This document shows, piece by piece, positions 1 through 9,911 of a stretch of DNA of 64,000 nucleotides. Origin of the DNA: a virus (Duplodnaviria > Caudoviricetes); IMG/VR virus record IMGVR_UViG_3300025986_000001, positions 1 to 64,000 of that record. The stretch is one strand, 5' to 3'. Each line of letters begins with the position of its first letter. Within the stretch, counting starts at the first letter, position 1. The position numbers and the translations under genes are program-made. The notes under the pieces were generated by a model. That model searched no databases, was not told where the DNA came from, and saw only the letters and a list, made by a program, of their open reading frames with translations.

Positions 1-1
1 C

Positions 2-295
2 GACCAGGCGTTCGCGGAAGGACTGGCCAGCGCCCGGCTGGCATCCAATGCCTCGGACACCCCCGACCAGCGGTACGGCATCCACTACGACGTCGGCGAC
101 ATCGTCAGCATCGAACTGGCGCCGGGCCAGTACGAGATCGCGCCGGTGCAGACCGTCAGCCTGCAGGCGTCGCCCGGCTCGGGGGAGGTCGTCGGGATCA
201 CCATCGGCGACCAGTCGGCGCGCTACGACAGCCCGTTCATCGCCCGGTTTCGGGAACTCGACCGGCGCCTGGCGTCGGTCGAACGCAGAGCCTGA
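2..295 (+). CDS. minor tail protein (Gp37-like), C-terminal part, 5' truncated
   Basis: Own translation: DQAFAEG...DTPDQRYGIHYDVGDIVSIE...RELDRRLASVERRA*; YGxxYxxGDxV tail motif; followed by tail genes. Confidence 0.65.
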   Translation, partial: DQAFAEGLASARLASNASDTPDQRYGIHYDVGDIVSIELAPGQYEIAPVQTVSLQASPGSGEVVGITIGDQSARYDSPFIARFRELDRRLASVERRA

Positions 296-317
296 CCGGG
301 GAGGGGCGCACAAAGCA

Positions 318-350
318 CACAAGACCTGCGCTGAAAGCGCAGGTCTTGTG
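318..350. terminator. perfect 15-bp inverted repeat, terminator of the antisense moron
   Basis: CACAAGACCTGCGCT-GAA-AGCGCAGGTCTTGTG. Confidence 0.65.
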
Positions 351-394
351 GCAGTGCGGTCAGCTGCTGGAAACCTTCCGCGAACAGCAGCGTA

Positions 395-502
395 TCACAG
401 CTCTACGACAGTGGGTCTCGCGTCAGCTCGTGAGACGATCCGCTCTACCTCGCCGGGCGCGAACTGGTGGGTCATGTTGTGGTTCCAGCAGTAGAGCAGC
501 AT
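395..502 (-). CDS. small hypothetical protein (35 aa)
   Basis: MLLYCWNHNMTHQF...VVEL*; TGATG coupling to the upstream ORF; below the ORF-track cut-off. Confidence 0.45.
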   Translation of the reverse strand: MLLYCWNHNMTHQFAPGEVERIVSRADARPTVVEL

Positions 503-684
503 CAGGCGCTCGCCTCGGCCAGCCGGACCGCCCGCTGCCTGCGGTAGTAAGTGGCGAACTCCGATTCCGGTTCCTCCAGCGTGCGGACGGCGTCCATCAG
601 CTCGTTGTGGGCGTCAGCACTGTCGCCGCTGGTCTGGTAGTAGGCCCTTGCTGCTTCGACGACGGCAGTCTCGTCGGGGGTCAT
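502..684 (-). CDS. small hypothetical protein
   Basis: MTPDETAVVEAARAYY...; TGATG-coupled to 684..845. Confidence 0.6.
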   Translation of the reverse strand: MTPDETAVVEAARAYYQTSGDSADAHNELMDAVRTLEEPESEFATYYRRQRAVRLAEASA

Positions 685-845
685 CAGTCGTTCTCCTCGG
701 TCTCGGTGGCCGCGACCAGATGCGCGGTGGTGAAGCCGACGGGTGGCACCTCGGTCTCCTCGTCGAAGAACGGCGCGTGGGCGAACCCCACCGCCGGCTT
801 CTCGTCGTGGTCGTCCGGGCCGTAGCCCGTCACCGGGTCTGCCAT
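684..845 (-). CDS. small acidic hypothetical protein
   Basis: MADPVTGYGPDD...; AAGGAG/AGGA SD upstream. Confidence 0.55.
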   Translation of the reverse strand: MADPVTGYGPDDHDEKPAVGFAHAPFFDEETEVPPVGFTTAHLVAATETEEND

Positions 846-933
846 TTTCCTGACTCCTTTCACGTGACCAGCGGGTCTCGCTGAGCAGCGTAGCACTCCA
901 TCGCGACATCCAATTGCAGAGAGGGGTCCGCCG

Positions 934-1890
934 GTGGCGGAGACGTCCTTCCCGGTAGCCGGCGGCGCCGGTGTCACCGACGCGACCTACGAGCGGCTCC
1001 TCGGCCCGGTCACCGGCAGCGGCCGGTACGGCATGGGCCTGACCGCCGGCCAGCTGGCCACCCCCTTGATCTTCGCGGACAACTCCGGCCGGCAGGTCAA
1101 GGCCTACGCCGGGCAGGCGGCGGTCGTGCGGGGTTTCCGCTGGGAGTCCGGCACGACCCCGCCGGTGGTGGCGCTGGATGCGAACACCTCGGGTAACCCG
1201 CGGCTGGACCTGATCGTGCTGCGGTTGAGCCGCAACGACTTCACGGTCCGGCTCAACAAGATCAATGGCACTCCCTCGACGGTGCCGGCCGCGCCCAGCC
1301 CCGTGCAGGACACCGGCTCCACCGGCGTCTGGGACCTGCCGCTGGCCGCCGTGCGGGTCGCCAGCTCTGGGGTCACCGGCCAGCCGTTCATCCAGTCCAC
1401 CGACGTGACGCCGGTGGACTGGTGGCTGACCGGCCCCGGCGTCACCCTGCGCAACGGCACCTCCATCCCGGTCACCTCGCCCGGCACACCGGCCTGGCGG
1501 CTGGACAACGGGCGCAGCTACATCAGCACCGGCACCGGCTACACGCTGCTCGGGGAATCCGGTGCCTGGACGAAACTGACTGCGGCCGGTGGCTGGACGT
1601 CCGATGCGCTCTACGTGCAGCGTGTCAACGGCTGGACATATCTGCAGGGCACGCTGGTGCTCAACGCCGCCGACAAGGCGCCCAGCACCGACCTGGCCGT
1701 GTGCGTGCTGCCGGACAGCTTCCGCCCGGCGCACGACATGTGGTTCCAGGCGACCCTGCAGCCCGGGCAGGCCGCGTTCGGGTTCATCACCGCGGCCACC
1801 GGCTCGGTCGCGATCACCGCGTACGCGTCGACCTTCCCCAACGGTGGCCGCGCGGTGCTCGGTCCGATCACCTACCCGAGCGCGGGCTGA
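934..1890 (+). CDS. minor tail protein
   Basis: NPRLDLIVLRL and WDLPLAAVRV motifs typical of actinophage minor tail proteins; C-terminal LPxxFRP beta domain. Confidence 0.8.
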   Translation: MAETSFPVAGGAGVTDATYERLLGPVTGSGRYGMGLTAGQLATPLIFADNSGRQVKAYAGQAAVVRGFRWESGTTPPVVALDANTSGNPRLDLIVLRLSRNDFTVRLNKINGTPSTVPAAPSPVQDTGSTGVWDLPLAAVRVASSGVTGQPFIQSTDVTPVDWWLTGPGVTLRNGTSIPVTSPGTPAWRLDNGRSYISTGTGYTLLGESGAWTKLTAAGGWTSDALYVQRVNGWTYLQGTLVLNAADKAPSTDLAVCVLPDSFRPAHDMWFQATLQPGQAAFGFITAATGSVAITAYASTFPNGGRAVLGPITYPSAG

Positions 1891-1900
1891 GGGGGCGGCG

Positions 1901-2962
1901 ATGACACGCATGCAGTTCGGCGGCGGGCCCGAGGACGTCTACCTGGTCAGCGACAGCGAGAACGACCTGCAGCCCGGCGGCGGCGCCACGGTGCTGTTCT
2001 TCAGCGCGGAGACCGGCAACAACCCGATCACGGACCTGCTGGACACCAACTTCTCCCCGATCACCAGCATCATCACCAGCACCGGCACCGACGGGCGCGC
2101 CGCCGGGCAAATCAAACCTTTCTACGGCCCCGACGGGGTGTTCGAGATGTGGGCCAGCGCCAACGGATCACCCCGGTTCCTCATGCAGGCCTCCGACCTC
2201 GGCTCCTACATGGGCCCCGTCAAGGACCAGTTCGATCAGCACGCCGCGCAGTCCAACGGCCACGGCACCAAGCTGCAGGACCTGATCGGCGTCTCCAGCG
2301 CGGTGGCCACCGCCACCGACGGGCAGGCTCTGCTCTACAGCTCCGGTTCCGGACTGTGGGTGGCCGGCACCGTGGCCGGCGGCGGCGGGAGCGGCGACGT
2401 CACCACCAACACCGCGCAGACGATCAGCGCGACCAAGACCTTCACCACGGTGCAGAACTTCAACGCCGGGCAGCTGTCCAAGCCGGCCAGCACCACCGGT
2501 CAGGGCCGGATCCTGCAGGCGCTGGCCAGCCAGAGCGGCAACGTCGAGGAGTGGCGCGACTCCACCGGCGCCGCGAAGGCGTGGATGACCAGCGCCTTCG
2601 CGCTGAATGCGCCGAACCTGGGCCGCTCAGTCACCTTCGTCAAGTCGGGCACGGTCGCCACCGGCACCGGCACCTACCGCTGGTACAACGATCTCGGTGT
2701 CACCCTGACCATCCGGTCGGTGCGTATCTCGCTGGGTACCGCGTCCACCTCCGGCACGCCGACGGTGGACGTGAACAAGAACGGCACGACCATTTACGGA
2801 ACCCAGGGCAACCGGCCCACTATCGCGGTCAGCGGCCTGACCTCCGGCAAGAACACCGGTTTCTCGGTGTCCACGCTGGCCGACGGCGACTACCTGACCG
2901 CCGACGTCGATGTGGCCGGCACCGGCGCCGCCGACCTCGTCGTGCAGATCGAAGTGGTCTAG
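1901..2962 (+). CDS. minor tail / tail fibre protein
   Basis: Start reassigned to MTRMQFGGG; G/S/T-rich; GDYLTADVDVAG C-terminal domain. Confidence 0.7.
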   Translation: MTRMQFGGGPEDVYLVSDSENDLQPGGGATVLFFSAETGNNPITDLLDTNFSPITSIITSTGTDGRAAGQIKPFYGPDGVFEMWASANGSPRFLMQASDLGSYMGPVKDQFDQHAAQSNGHGTKLQDLIGVSSAVATATDGQALLYSSGSGLWVAGTVAGGGGSGDVTTNTAQTISATKTFTTVQNFNAGQLSKPASTTGQGRILQALASQSGNVEEWRDSTGAAKAWMTSAFALNAPNLGRSVTFVKSGTVATGTGTYRWYNDLGVTLTIRSVRISLGTASTSGTPTVDVNKNGTTIYGTQGNRPTIAVSGLTSGKNTGFSVSTLADGDYLTADVDVAGTGAADLVVQIEVV

Positions 2963-2964
2963 GG

Positions 2965-3675
2965 ATGCCGATCGCGTACGTCGGCGCCGCCTCGGTGCTC
3001 AACTCCACCTCGGGCTCAAGCACCGCGGTGCCGATGCCGGCCGGCCTCGCCGTCGACCACATGATCTACGTGATGGTGGCCAACGTCGGCAACTCGCCGG
3101 TGCCGTCCGGGCCGTCCGGCTGGACGCTGGTCGGCAGTTACAGCCCCGGCACCACGCTGACCACCTACCTGTACCGCAAGGTCGCCGTCAGCGGCGACGT
3201 CGGCGCCACCCACACCTGGACCTGGTCGTCCAGCGGCCGCAACCTCGGCGCGGCGGTGGCGTACTCGGGGGTCGACGCCACCGTCACCACCAACGCCGCG
3301 CAGGTGTGGACGCATGACGTGGCCAACGCGCCGATCACCGCGGCGAGCCTGGCCGCGGTGGCCGGCGACTGGCTGGTGACCGTCGGCCTGGGCCGGGAGA
3401 ACCCCGGCACCGCCACCACCAAGGACTGGAGCATCGAGACCGCTACCGACTCGCAGCGGCTGGACATCGCAACCGGCGGCGCCAGCACCGACGTGAAGCT
3501 CAGCCTCGGCTGGTTCGACTCCAACGGCACCAGCATTACCGGCTCCACCAGCCGCATCGTCGACGTCACGCCGGTGCAGCAGCAGAGCCACGTCTGGTCG
3601 ATCCTGCTCAACCGGCCGGCCAGCGAATCTGCCGGCGGTAACCCGTGGACCCACATGGGCCTGCCGCAGCGGTGA
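2965..3675 (+). CDS. minor tail / virion beta-sandwich protein
   Basis: Start reassigned to MPIAYVGA; PSGWT...LYRK motif; tail context. Confidence 0.6.
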   Translation: MPIAYVGAASVLNSTSGSSTAVPMPAGLAVDHMIYVMVANVGNSPVPSGPSGWTLVGSYSPGTTLTTYLYRKVAVSGDVGATHTWTWSSSGRNLGAAVAYSGVDATVTTNAAQVWTHDVANAPITAASLAAVAGDWLVTVGLGRENPGTATTKDWSIETATDSQRLDIATGGASTDVKLSLGWFDSNGTSITGSTSRIVDVTPVQQQSHVWSILLNRPASESAGGNPWTHMGLPQR

Positions 3676-3790
3676 TGCGGGGCGCGATCGCGCCGGTAGT
3701 CGATCGGCTCACGCCCCGCACCCGCACCGCCCAGCCCTGGGCACTGACAGGCCAAACACTGCTGACACTACGCCGGACGAACCGTCTTCC

Positions 3791-3850
3791 ACAGCGTTCC
3801 TAAACACCTTGGAACGCCTCGGAACGCTGCGAAACAACGCGGAACAACTC
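3791..3850 (+). repeat. five 10-bp-phased GGAAC-like units plus one inverted copy upstream of the lysis cassette
   Basis: TAAAC/GGAAC/GGAAC/GAAAC/GGAAC at 3801, 3811, 3821, 3831, 3841; ACAGCGTTCC at 3791. Confidence 0.5.
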
Positions 3851-3864
3851 CCCAAGGAGCACTC

Positions 3865-4194
3865 ATGCATCAGGGCGTGTGCGTCGGCGGGCCGATGGCC
3901 GGCCAGACGCTGACCATCAACAGCAACCGGGGGTTCGTGGCCGTCGACGCAGCCGGCTTCGCCGCCTGGATCTACTACATCAACTCCGGTGACGGCAGCT
4001 TCGGGCTGGACACCTCCCCCGACCCGTCGCTGCTGGACGAGGACGGCACCCGGGCGCTGGACCGGAACCGGGCGCTGGCGGCCGCGGCCGCCAAGGACCT
4101 GGACGTCATCGCCCTGCCCGGCGAGGACGAGGAAGAGCCGGCCGAACCGCCGGTGATCGACGACAGTTCCGGTGAACGGGGTGGTGATTTCTGA
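3865..4194 (+). CDS. hypothetical protein
   Basis: AAGGAG SD; TGATG coupling to the endolysin. Confidence 0.65.
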   Translation: MHQGVCVGGPMAGQTLTINSNRGFVAVDAAGFAAWIYYINSGDGSFGLDTSPDPSLLDEDGTRALDRNRALAAAAAKDLDVIALPGEDEEEPAEPPVIDDSSGERGGDF

Positions 4195-5018
4195 TGGCGA
4201 CCCTGGTCAGCGCACCTATGCGGCTGCTCGCGGACGGTTACGCCAACAACGCCGGGTTCCTCTCGGCTGTGCTGTCCGGGATCGCGCCGGACACCCGGCA
4301 CCTGGACAACGGCGGCTACCACTGCTCGGTGGAGGACCTGCGCAAGCACGGCAACAGCCGGGACTACTCCAATGTGCGGCCCGACGACAAGGACTTCAAC
4401 CCGAAGTACGGTGCGGCGCTGGATGTCACCATGAGCCGCGCCGACATGATCCGGCACTTCAAGCGGGTCTGGCCGGTCTTCAAGGATCACGACGACCCGC
4501 GGCGTAAGTACTTCAACGCGGTCAACACGTGGCCGGGCGCCGGCGACGCGGTCCGGCTGGATTTCGTCACCGGCAAGGTGGGGCGCGCCAGCGACGACCA
4601 TAAGTGGCATGTGCACGACGAGCTGAAGCGGCGCTACCTGCTCGACGCCAAGGCGGCCCGAGCCAAGCTCAGCGTGGTCACCGGCGAAAGCAAGGCGGCC
4701 TGGATCGCCCGGGAGGAAATGCCGGCCAAAAGCGGATCCAGCGCGCCGAAGCCACCAGCCAAGCCGGCGCCGGTGATCCGGCATGTGCCGGGCTCCCGGG
4801 TGCTGCAGTATGTGCCCGGCCGGACGGTGCTCTCCGGTGAGGATGTCGCCTTCGTGCAGCGCTACATCGGCGCGAGTAAGGCCGGTCCGGCCGACGGGGT
4901 GGCCGGGGCGAAGTTCCGGGCCGCGGTGATCTGGTATCAGAAGCTGCGCGGCCTGACCGCCGATGGTCAGGTAGGGCACAACACCTGGGCATCGATGGGG
5001 GTGCAGAGCAAGGTCTGA
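4194..5018 (+). CDS. endolysin (putative Zn-peptidase domain, Pro-rich linker, PG_binding_1-like domain)
   Basis: GGYH...AALD...HKWHVH His/Asp/His set; C-terminal YQKLRGLTADGQVGHNTW peptidoglycan-binding motif; position before holins. Confidence 0.75.
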   Translation: MATLVSAPMRLLADGYANNAGFLSAVLSGIAPDTRHLDNGGYHCSVEDLRKHGNSRDYSNVRPDDKDFNPKYGAALDVTMSRADMIRHFKRVWPVFKDHDDPRRKYFNAVNTWPGAGDAVRLDFVTGKVGRASDDHKWHVHDELKRRYLLDAKAARAKLSVVTGESKAAWIAREEMPAKSGSSAPKPPAKPAPVIRHVPGSRVLQYVPGRTVLSGEDVAFVQRYIGASKAGPADGVAGAKFRAAVIWYQKLRGLTADGQVGHNTWASMGVQSKV

Positions 5019-5066
5019 CTCCGGCGCCTCTCCTCACGTGGCAGAAACCAGGGAGGGGGCCGCGCG

Positions 5067-5396
5067 ATGGGGCTGCTTACTCAGTTGGTGCTGGCGGCTG
5101 CCGCGGCCGGCGAGGGACCGGACTACTCGGTGCTTGCCCAGTACGGCGTGCTGGGCGTTTTCGCGACGCTGCTGGTGTGGTTCGCCAAATTCATGATCAG
5201 TCGAGAGACTGCCCGAGCCGACCGGCTCGAGTCGGAAGTAGTCCGGCTCAACAGCGTGATCCAGGAGAAGGTCATCCCCGCGTTGATGAGCGCCACCGGT
5301 GCGGTCGAGGAATCGACCGAGATGCTGCGTGACCTGCAGCGGGATCTGCGCGACGGCTATCCCCGCCGCCGGGCTAACCCGGATGAAAGTCGATGA
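5067..5396 (+). CDS. membrane protein of the lysis cassette (holin-like)
   Basis: QYGVLGVFATLLVWF transmembrane segment followed by coiled coil. Confidence 0.6.
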   Translation: MGLLTQLVLAAAAAGEGPDYSVLAQYGVLGVFATLLVWFAKFMISRETARADRLESEVVRLNSVIQEKVIPALMSATGAVEESTEMLRDLQRDLRDGYPRRRANPDESR

Positions 5397-5581
5397 TCAT
5401 GGCTGTCACCAACGGCGGAGTCAGCAACCTCGAAGATCGTCTGAGTCTGATTTCGCGAATGCTCGAAGATGCCGTCGAGATACTGCGCAGCACCATGTCC
5501 GAGGTGCGCGAAGAAGCGAAAGGAGAGCCTCGTGACGGATCCGGACGACCTGAAGACGGACCCGGCCGGCGACCGGGCTGA
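5393..5581 (+). CDS. small coiled-coil hypothetical protein
   Basis: ATGA overlap with the previous ORF. Confidence 0.45.
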   Translation: MIMAVTNGGVSNLEDRLSLISRMLEDAVEILRSTMSEVREEAKGEPRDGSGRPEDGPGRRPG

Positions 5582-5659
5582 CGTCGCCACCCGGCTGGCG
5601 TTGGTAGGGCCCAATGGCGATGTCATGAGGGCTCGACGCGCCTCGGTGAGGAGAGATCG

Positions 5660-6166
5660 ATGACTGACGAAGGATTCATGCGCGCCGTGGCGGCGCTCAG
5701 CGAGCTGTCCGACAGCGTGGCCGCACTGCGTTCCGAGGTGGAGCAGAGCGAAGTCCTGCGCACCGAGAAGATCAAAATGATTCACCGGCTGCTGTACGTC
5801 CTGGTGCCGACCATGATCCTGATGGTTGCGATGGTGGTCGGCAACTTCGTTCTGCTGACACGGATCAACACGACCGCCGAGGCTGCGGAGAGCACCAACA
5901 GCCTGCTGCTGGGGTGCTTTCAGCTGGACAGCAAGTGCGCCCAGGAGAACGTGAAGTCGACCGCGGCCGTGATGGAGCAGATCCGTCAGACCCAGTTCGC
6001 TATCGCGTTGTGCCAGCGGCAGAACCCACTTGAGCGTGACCCCGAAGGCTCAGGGCTCGTGCGCTGCGTCCAGCAGTACTACCCCGGATTCGTTCTGCCG
6101 CCGAAAGGCAGCCCCAGCCCCGAGCCGTCCGCCACCCGAAGGAGCAGCCGTGAGCAACCTCGCTGA
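5660..6166 (+). CDS. single-TM membrane protein (lysis accessory)
   Basis: TM segment LLYVLVPTMILMVAMVVGNFVLL; Cys pairs in the extracytoplasmic part. Confidence 0.6.
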   Translation: MTDEGFMRAVAALSELSDSVAALRSEVEQSEVLRTEKIKMIHRLLYVLVPTMILMVAMVVGNFVLLTRINTTAEAAESTNSLLLGCFQLDSKCAQENVKSTAAVMEQIRQTQFAIALCQRQNPLERDPEGSGLVRCVQQYYPGFVLPPKGSPSPEPSATRRSSREQPR

Positions 6167-6419
6167 GGTTCCCCCGTCCGCCGGGCCTGTCGAGGAGAAG
6201 ACCAAGGCCGGCGCGATCGCCGCGTACGTCGGCGCGTTCACCCTGTTCGCGATCCTGACCAGCACGGAAACGGACCTGACGGTCCTGCCCGACTGGCTGG
6301 AGACGATCATCTACCCGCTGCTGCCGGCCCTGGTCGGCTTCCTCGGTTCCTACCTCAAGAGCCACAAACCCGGACGGATGAGTCTGTCCGGCCAGCGCGC
6401 CGCCCGGCGTAGTATCTGA
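6150..6419 (+). CDS. holin
   Basis: GTG after AAGGAG; PVEEKTKA...two TMs...GYxxxH-like end (GSYLKSH), as in Streptomyces phage holins. Confidence 0.75.
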   Translation: MSNLAEVPPSAGPVEEKTKAGAIAAYVGAFTLFAILTSTETDLTVLPDWLETIIYPLLPALVGFLGSYLKSHKPGRMSLSGQRAARRSI

Positions 6420-6451
6420 CCCGGTTCCTCTAGCAAAGACCAGCTCACCGG

Positions 6452-6490
6452 AAAACGCCCGGCCTCCTTCATCGGAGGCCGGGCGTTTTT
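6452..6490. terminator. bidirectional intrinsic terminator
   Basis: AAAACGCCCGGCCTCC-TTCATC-GGAGGCCGGGCGTTTT between convergent modules. Confidence 0.85.
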
Positions 6491-6689
6491 GTGGTTTCAA
6501 ACCAGGCTTCAGAGGTCCTCCACGACACCCTCCCACCCTTCGGGAACAACATCACTATAGATGCACCAAAGGCCCACCGTGGGCGGGAATTGATCCGCCT
6601 GGGTGAGCCTCTGATACTCGTCGTCTACCCTCGGGTCCATGCAACCCAAGAGGAAGAACAACAACCCCGCAAACAATGTACTACATCGA

Positions 6690-7466
6690 TCACCCGTGTG
6701 CTACATCCTGCTGCCGGCGGTGGGCGTCGACCAGATCACGTAGGTGCTGCAGGTACTCCTCGCGCGACAGCAGCAGCCCGCAGTTACCGCATTCGCGCCG
6801 GTGATCCGGGTTGTCCGGGTCCAGCTTCAGCTGGCTGATCAGTTTGCAGGACGGGCAGGCGATCCCCCACATGATCACCGGGCGGGGGGCGGACTCCCCG
6901 AGCACTGCGCGCAGGGTGCCCCGGATGGTGCGCATCTCCTCGGCGAACTCGGCGATCGCCGGCTCATGGTGCACGGCGTACATCAGCCGGACCCCGAGAA
7001 TCCAGTTGATCAACGTGATCGCATCGGTCTGCGGGTACGTTTCGCAGGAGAACCAGCGGTCGTGCCACTCAGCGACCCACTCGTTGAGGATCGCGGCGAC
7101 CGGAATCAGGCCGCGCTGGTCGCCGTACGGGTCGGTGACGTAGCCCGGCACCACCGGCAGCAGCAGATCCGCTCTGTTGATGTTGATCGGCAGGCGCGGC
7201 TCGGGGCTGCCGGAGACGTGCGGCTGGCTGGTCACCGGGGCGACCGGGGCGACCGGCAACCGGCGGCTGACCGGATCGTTCGCGCCCGCCTCAGTCTGCT
7301 CCTGCTCGCCGAGGCGGGCGAACGACGACCGGATGTTCAGCAACTCGTGCTCGAGCCGGCGCAGGCCGGCGTCGCAGGTCTGCCGCCCGGGCTGGCTCAT
7401 GTCGGGTAGATGCGGTTTTGTCTGCGGGTAGTAGAACGCACACAGGATGCAGGTGGGCTGACTCAT
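6690..7466 (-). CDS. Zn-ribbon protein, conserved actinophage late-regulator-like
   Basis: CxxC at the N-terminus; CPSC...CGNCG at the C-terminus; AAGGAG before MSQPTC. Confidence 0.55.
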   Translation of the reverse strand: MSQPTCILCAFYYPQTKPHLPDMSQPGRQTCDAGLRRLEHELLNIRSSFARLGEQEQTEAGANDPVSRRLPVAPVAPVTSQPHVSGSPEPRLPININRADLLLPVVPGYVTDPYGDQRGLIPVAAILNEWVAEWHDRWFSCETYPQTDAITLINWILGVRLMYAVHHEPAIAEFAEEMRTIRGTLRAVLGESAPRPVIMWGIACPSCKLISQLKLDPDNPDHRRECGNCGLLLSREEYLQHLRDLVDAHRRQQDVAHG

Positions 7467-7719
7467 CCGCGGCTCCTTGCCATCGACCATGACGATCTGT
7501 AACATGCTGCGCCGCGGTCATTCTGTGCGGGGAGTAGATGGCCGGAGGTACGCAGGCAGGCCACGGGGCGATCTCAGGGGGCGATCGAACCCGTGTCCTG
7601 CCTGCTTAAACGGTCGGATGCTCGTCAGGTGTCGGCTCGAACAGATGTCCGTTGCGATAGCGGAGTGTCACGAGGTCGGGCAGAACACTCCGTAATCGAC
7701 TGATCTCTATACTGCCCGG

Positions 7720-9108
7720 CTAGACCACAGCCATCGATACCAGCCGGGACATGTGCAGTTGCGCCGCCAGAGTGACCACTCCGGTCGGCCCTCCCCGGTT
7801 CTTGGCGACGATGAAATCGATCTCCCCCGCGTTCGGGGACTCCGGGTCGTAGTAGTCGTCGCGGTGCAGCAGGATCACGATGTCCGCGTCCTGCTCCAGG
7901 CTGCCCGACTCGCGCAGGTCCGAGAGCTGGGGGCGTTTGTCGGCCCGGCCTTCCGGCCCGCGGTTGAGCTGACTGAGCACCACCGCCACCGTGTTGCGCT
8001 TCTTGGCCAGCAGCTTGTGGCCGCGGCTCATCGCCGAGACCTCCTCCTGCCGGTTGCCGTGGCCTCGCTCGCTGCCCAGCTGCAGATAGTCGAAGAAGTA
8101 GCCGGCCGGGTCCTCGCCGTACTGCCGGGCCAGATCCCCCAGCGTCCGGTCGACGTACGCCAGGTTCATCCCGGGCGTGTCGTCGACGACGAGCTTCGCG
8201 TCGGCGGTCTTGGCGACGTAGCGGGCCGCTCGGATCCAGTCGTCGTCGCTCATCGTGCCGTGCTTGATGTCGTCGGAGCGAATCTTCGCGCCGTTCGCCA
8301 TCAAGCACAGGCCGATCTCCATCCGACTCATCTCCAGCGAGAACACCGGCGCCAGGCGCTGCCGGCGCATCCCGAGATGCAGCGCGATGTCTCTCATCGC
8401 GCAGCTTTTCGCCATTCCCGGGCGCCCGGCAATGATGATCATCGCGCCGGGTGCCACCGGGCCGAGGAGCCGGTTGAGATCCGGCCACGGCGTGGAGAAC
8501 GCCGTGTCCGCCTCGGGATCCTCGCGGGCGGCGAGCGCTGCCAGGCGCTCCATCTCGTCCAGCGTTTCCGGGCCGATCACCGACCACGGCACCATCGCCC
8601 CCCGCCGGCCCGGCGGGGCGAGCGCGTTCAGCCGCGCCTGGGCCACCTCCAGCACCTCGGTGGCGTCGTTGAGTGCCGTCACCGCGGCCGCCTGCGCCTG
8701 CGCGGCGGCGGCGTCGCCGATCTGGCGCAGCAGGGTCGCGTTGGCCAGGTTGCGGGCGTACCAGGTGCCGCTGGCCGGTGTCGGGCAGGCCTGCGCCAGG
8801 TCGCTGAGGTAGGCGCCGTTGTTGAGCAGCCGCAGCTGTTCGACGGGGATGGCCGCGGCGACCGCATTCAGGTCGTGCGGCTCGCCGGCGTTCATCAGCG
8901 CGATGATCGTGCGCCAGGCCAGTTTGTGGCCGGGCAGGCTGAAGTGGTGTTCGCCGACCCCTTCCTGGCCGTCGGCGGGTTCCAGTAGCCCCCGCACCTG
9001 CGCCGGGACGGTGCTGTGCGGCGCGGCCTGCATCATCGCGCCCAGCACCGCCATCTCGTCGATACGGGTGTGGCGTTGCTGGGCCTGATCGATGGCGGGG
9101 GCGCTCAC
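7720..9108 (-). CDS. dnaB: replicative DNA helicase
   Basis: GRPGMAKS Walker A variant, FSLEMS, DYLQL, LSQLNR, DLRESGSLEQDAD, KNRGGP. Confidence 0.95.
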   Translation of the reverse strand: MSAPAIDQAQQRHTRIDEMAVLGAMMQAAPHSTVPAQVRGLLEPADGQEGVGEHHFSLPGHKLAWRTIIALMNAGEPHDLNAVAAAIPVEQLRLLNNGAYLSDLAQACPTPASGTWYARNLANATLLRQIGDAAAAQAQAAAVTALNDATEVLEVAQARLNALAPPGRRGAMVPWSVIGPETLDEMERLAALAAREDPEADTAFSTPWPDLNRLLGPVAPGAMIIIAGRPGMAKSCAMRDIALHLGMRRQRLAPVFSLEMSRMEIGLCLMANGAKIRSDDIKHGTMSDDDWIRAARYVAKTADAKLVVDDTPGMNLAYVDRTLGDLARQYGEDPAGYFFDYLQLGSERGHGNRQEEVSAMSRGHKLLAKKRNTVAVVLSQLNRGPEGRADKRPQLSDLRESGSLEQDADIVILLHRDDYYDPESPNAGEIDFIVAKNRGGPTGVVTLAAQLHMSRLVSMAVV

Positions 9109-9911
9109 GGCCCCAGCCTCCGGCCCTGCCGGGCCCGGTAGTCGACTTCAGGCATGGTGACGACCCAGCCGGCCTGCAGCCGGGAAATAGCCCGGCCGTC
9201 GAGGGTGTCAGCGAGCACGGCGATGCGCTGACCCAGCTCCTCTTCCCGCTCCTTGACCTTCTCAGCGCGCACGAACGGCAGGTTGCTGCTGGTGGCCAGT
9301 GGCAGCCGGTGGTGTGCGCGATGGTTGATCAGCCGGCTGGTGGCGTCGGCGGCCCGGCCGAAGTCCTGGGTGTTGTAGTCGCCCAGGTCGTCGAGCACCA
9401 CCAGGTCGGCGTGCAGCAGCCGGTGCATCAGCGCATCCGGGTCCCGGCCGCTGCCGGGCTGCATCGCGGCCGCGAAGTTGCGGTTGGTGATGAAGTACCA
9501 GCGGAAGTGCCGGGCCAGGTGAGCGTGGTGCAGCACCAGCTCGCGCAGCAGCACGATCAGCTGGCTGGTCTTGCCGCAGCCGATCGTGCCGCGCAGCATC
9601 AGCATCGGGTCGGCGCTCGGGTCGGCCTTCTGGCTGTCCGCCCACTCCTGGACGTAGCGGTAGGTCTGCGGCAGCCGGTCGAAGTCGAACTCGCCGTCGG
9701 CGTAGATGCTCAGCGCGCGCAGAGCATGCCCGGTCAGGTGCCGGACCGCTTCGTCCCGGTTGTACCAGACGTTGCCGCGCGGGTCGAGGATCTCGTCGTC
9801 GGTGGTGTCCATGAGCGCCGGATCCATGCCGCGGGCGCGCAGCCGGGCCGCCATGATGTCGCGGAAGACGTCCCCGCCGGCGGCCTTCTCGGATACGGCC
9901 TCGCCGCTCAT
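9105..9911 (-). CDS. DnaC/IstB-like helicase loader ATPase
   Basis: GTIGCGKT, LVVLDDLG, SSNL, ISRL; start MSGEAV by ATGA overlap. Confidence 0.85.
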   Translation of the reverse strand: MSGEAVSEKAAGGDVFRDIMAARLRARGMDPALMDTTDDEILDPRGNVWYNRDEAVRHLTGHALRALSIYADGEFDFDRLPQTYRYVQEWADSQKADPSADPMLMLRGTIGCGKTSQLIVLLRELVLHHAHLARHFRWYFITNRNFAAAMQPGSGRDPDALMHRLLHADLVVLDDLGDYNTQDFGRAADATSRLINHRAHHRLPLATSSNLPFVRAEKVKEREEELGQRIAVLADTLDGRAISRLQAGWVVTMPEVDYRARQGRRLGP

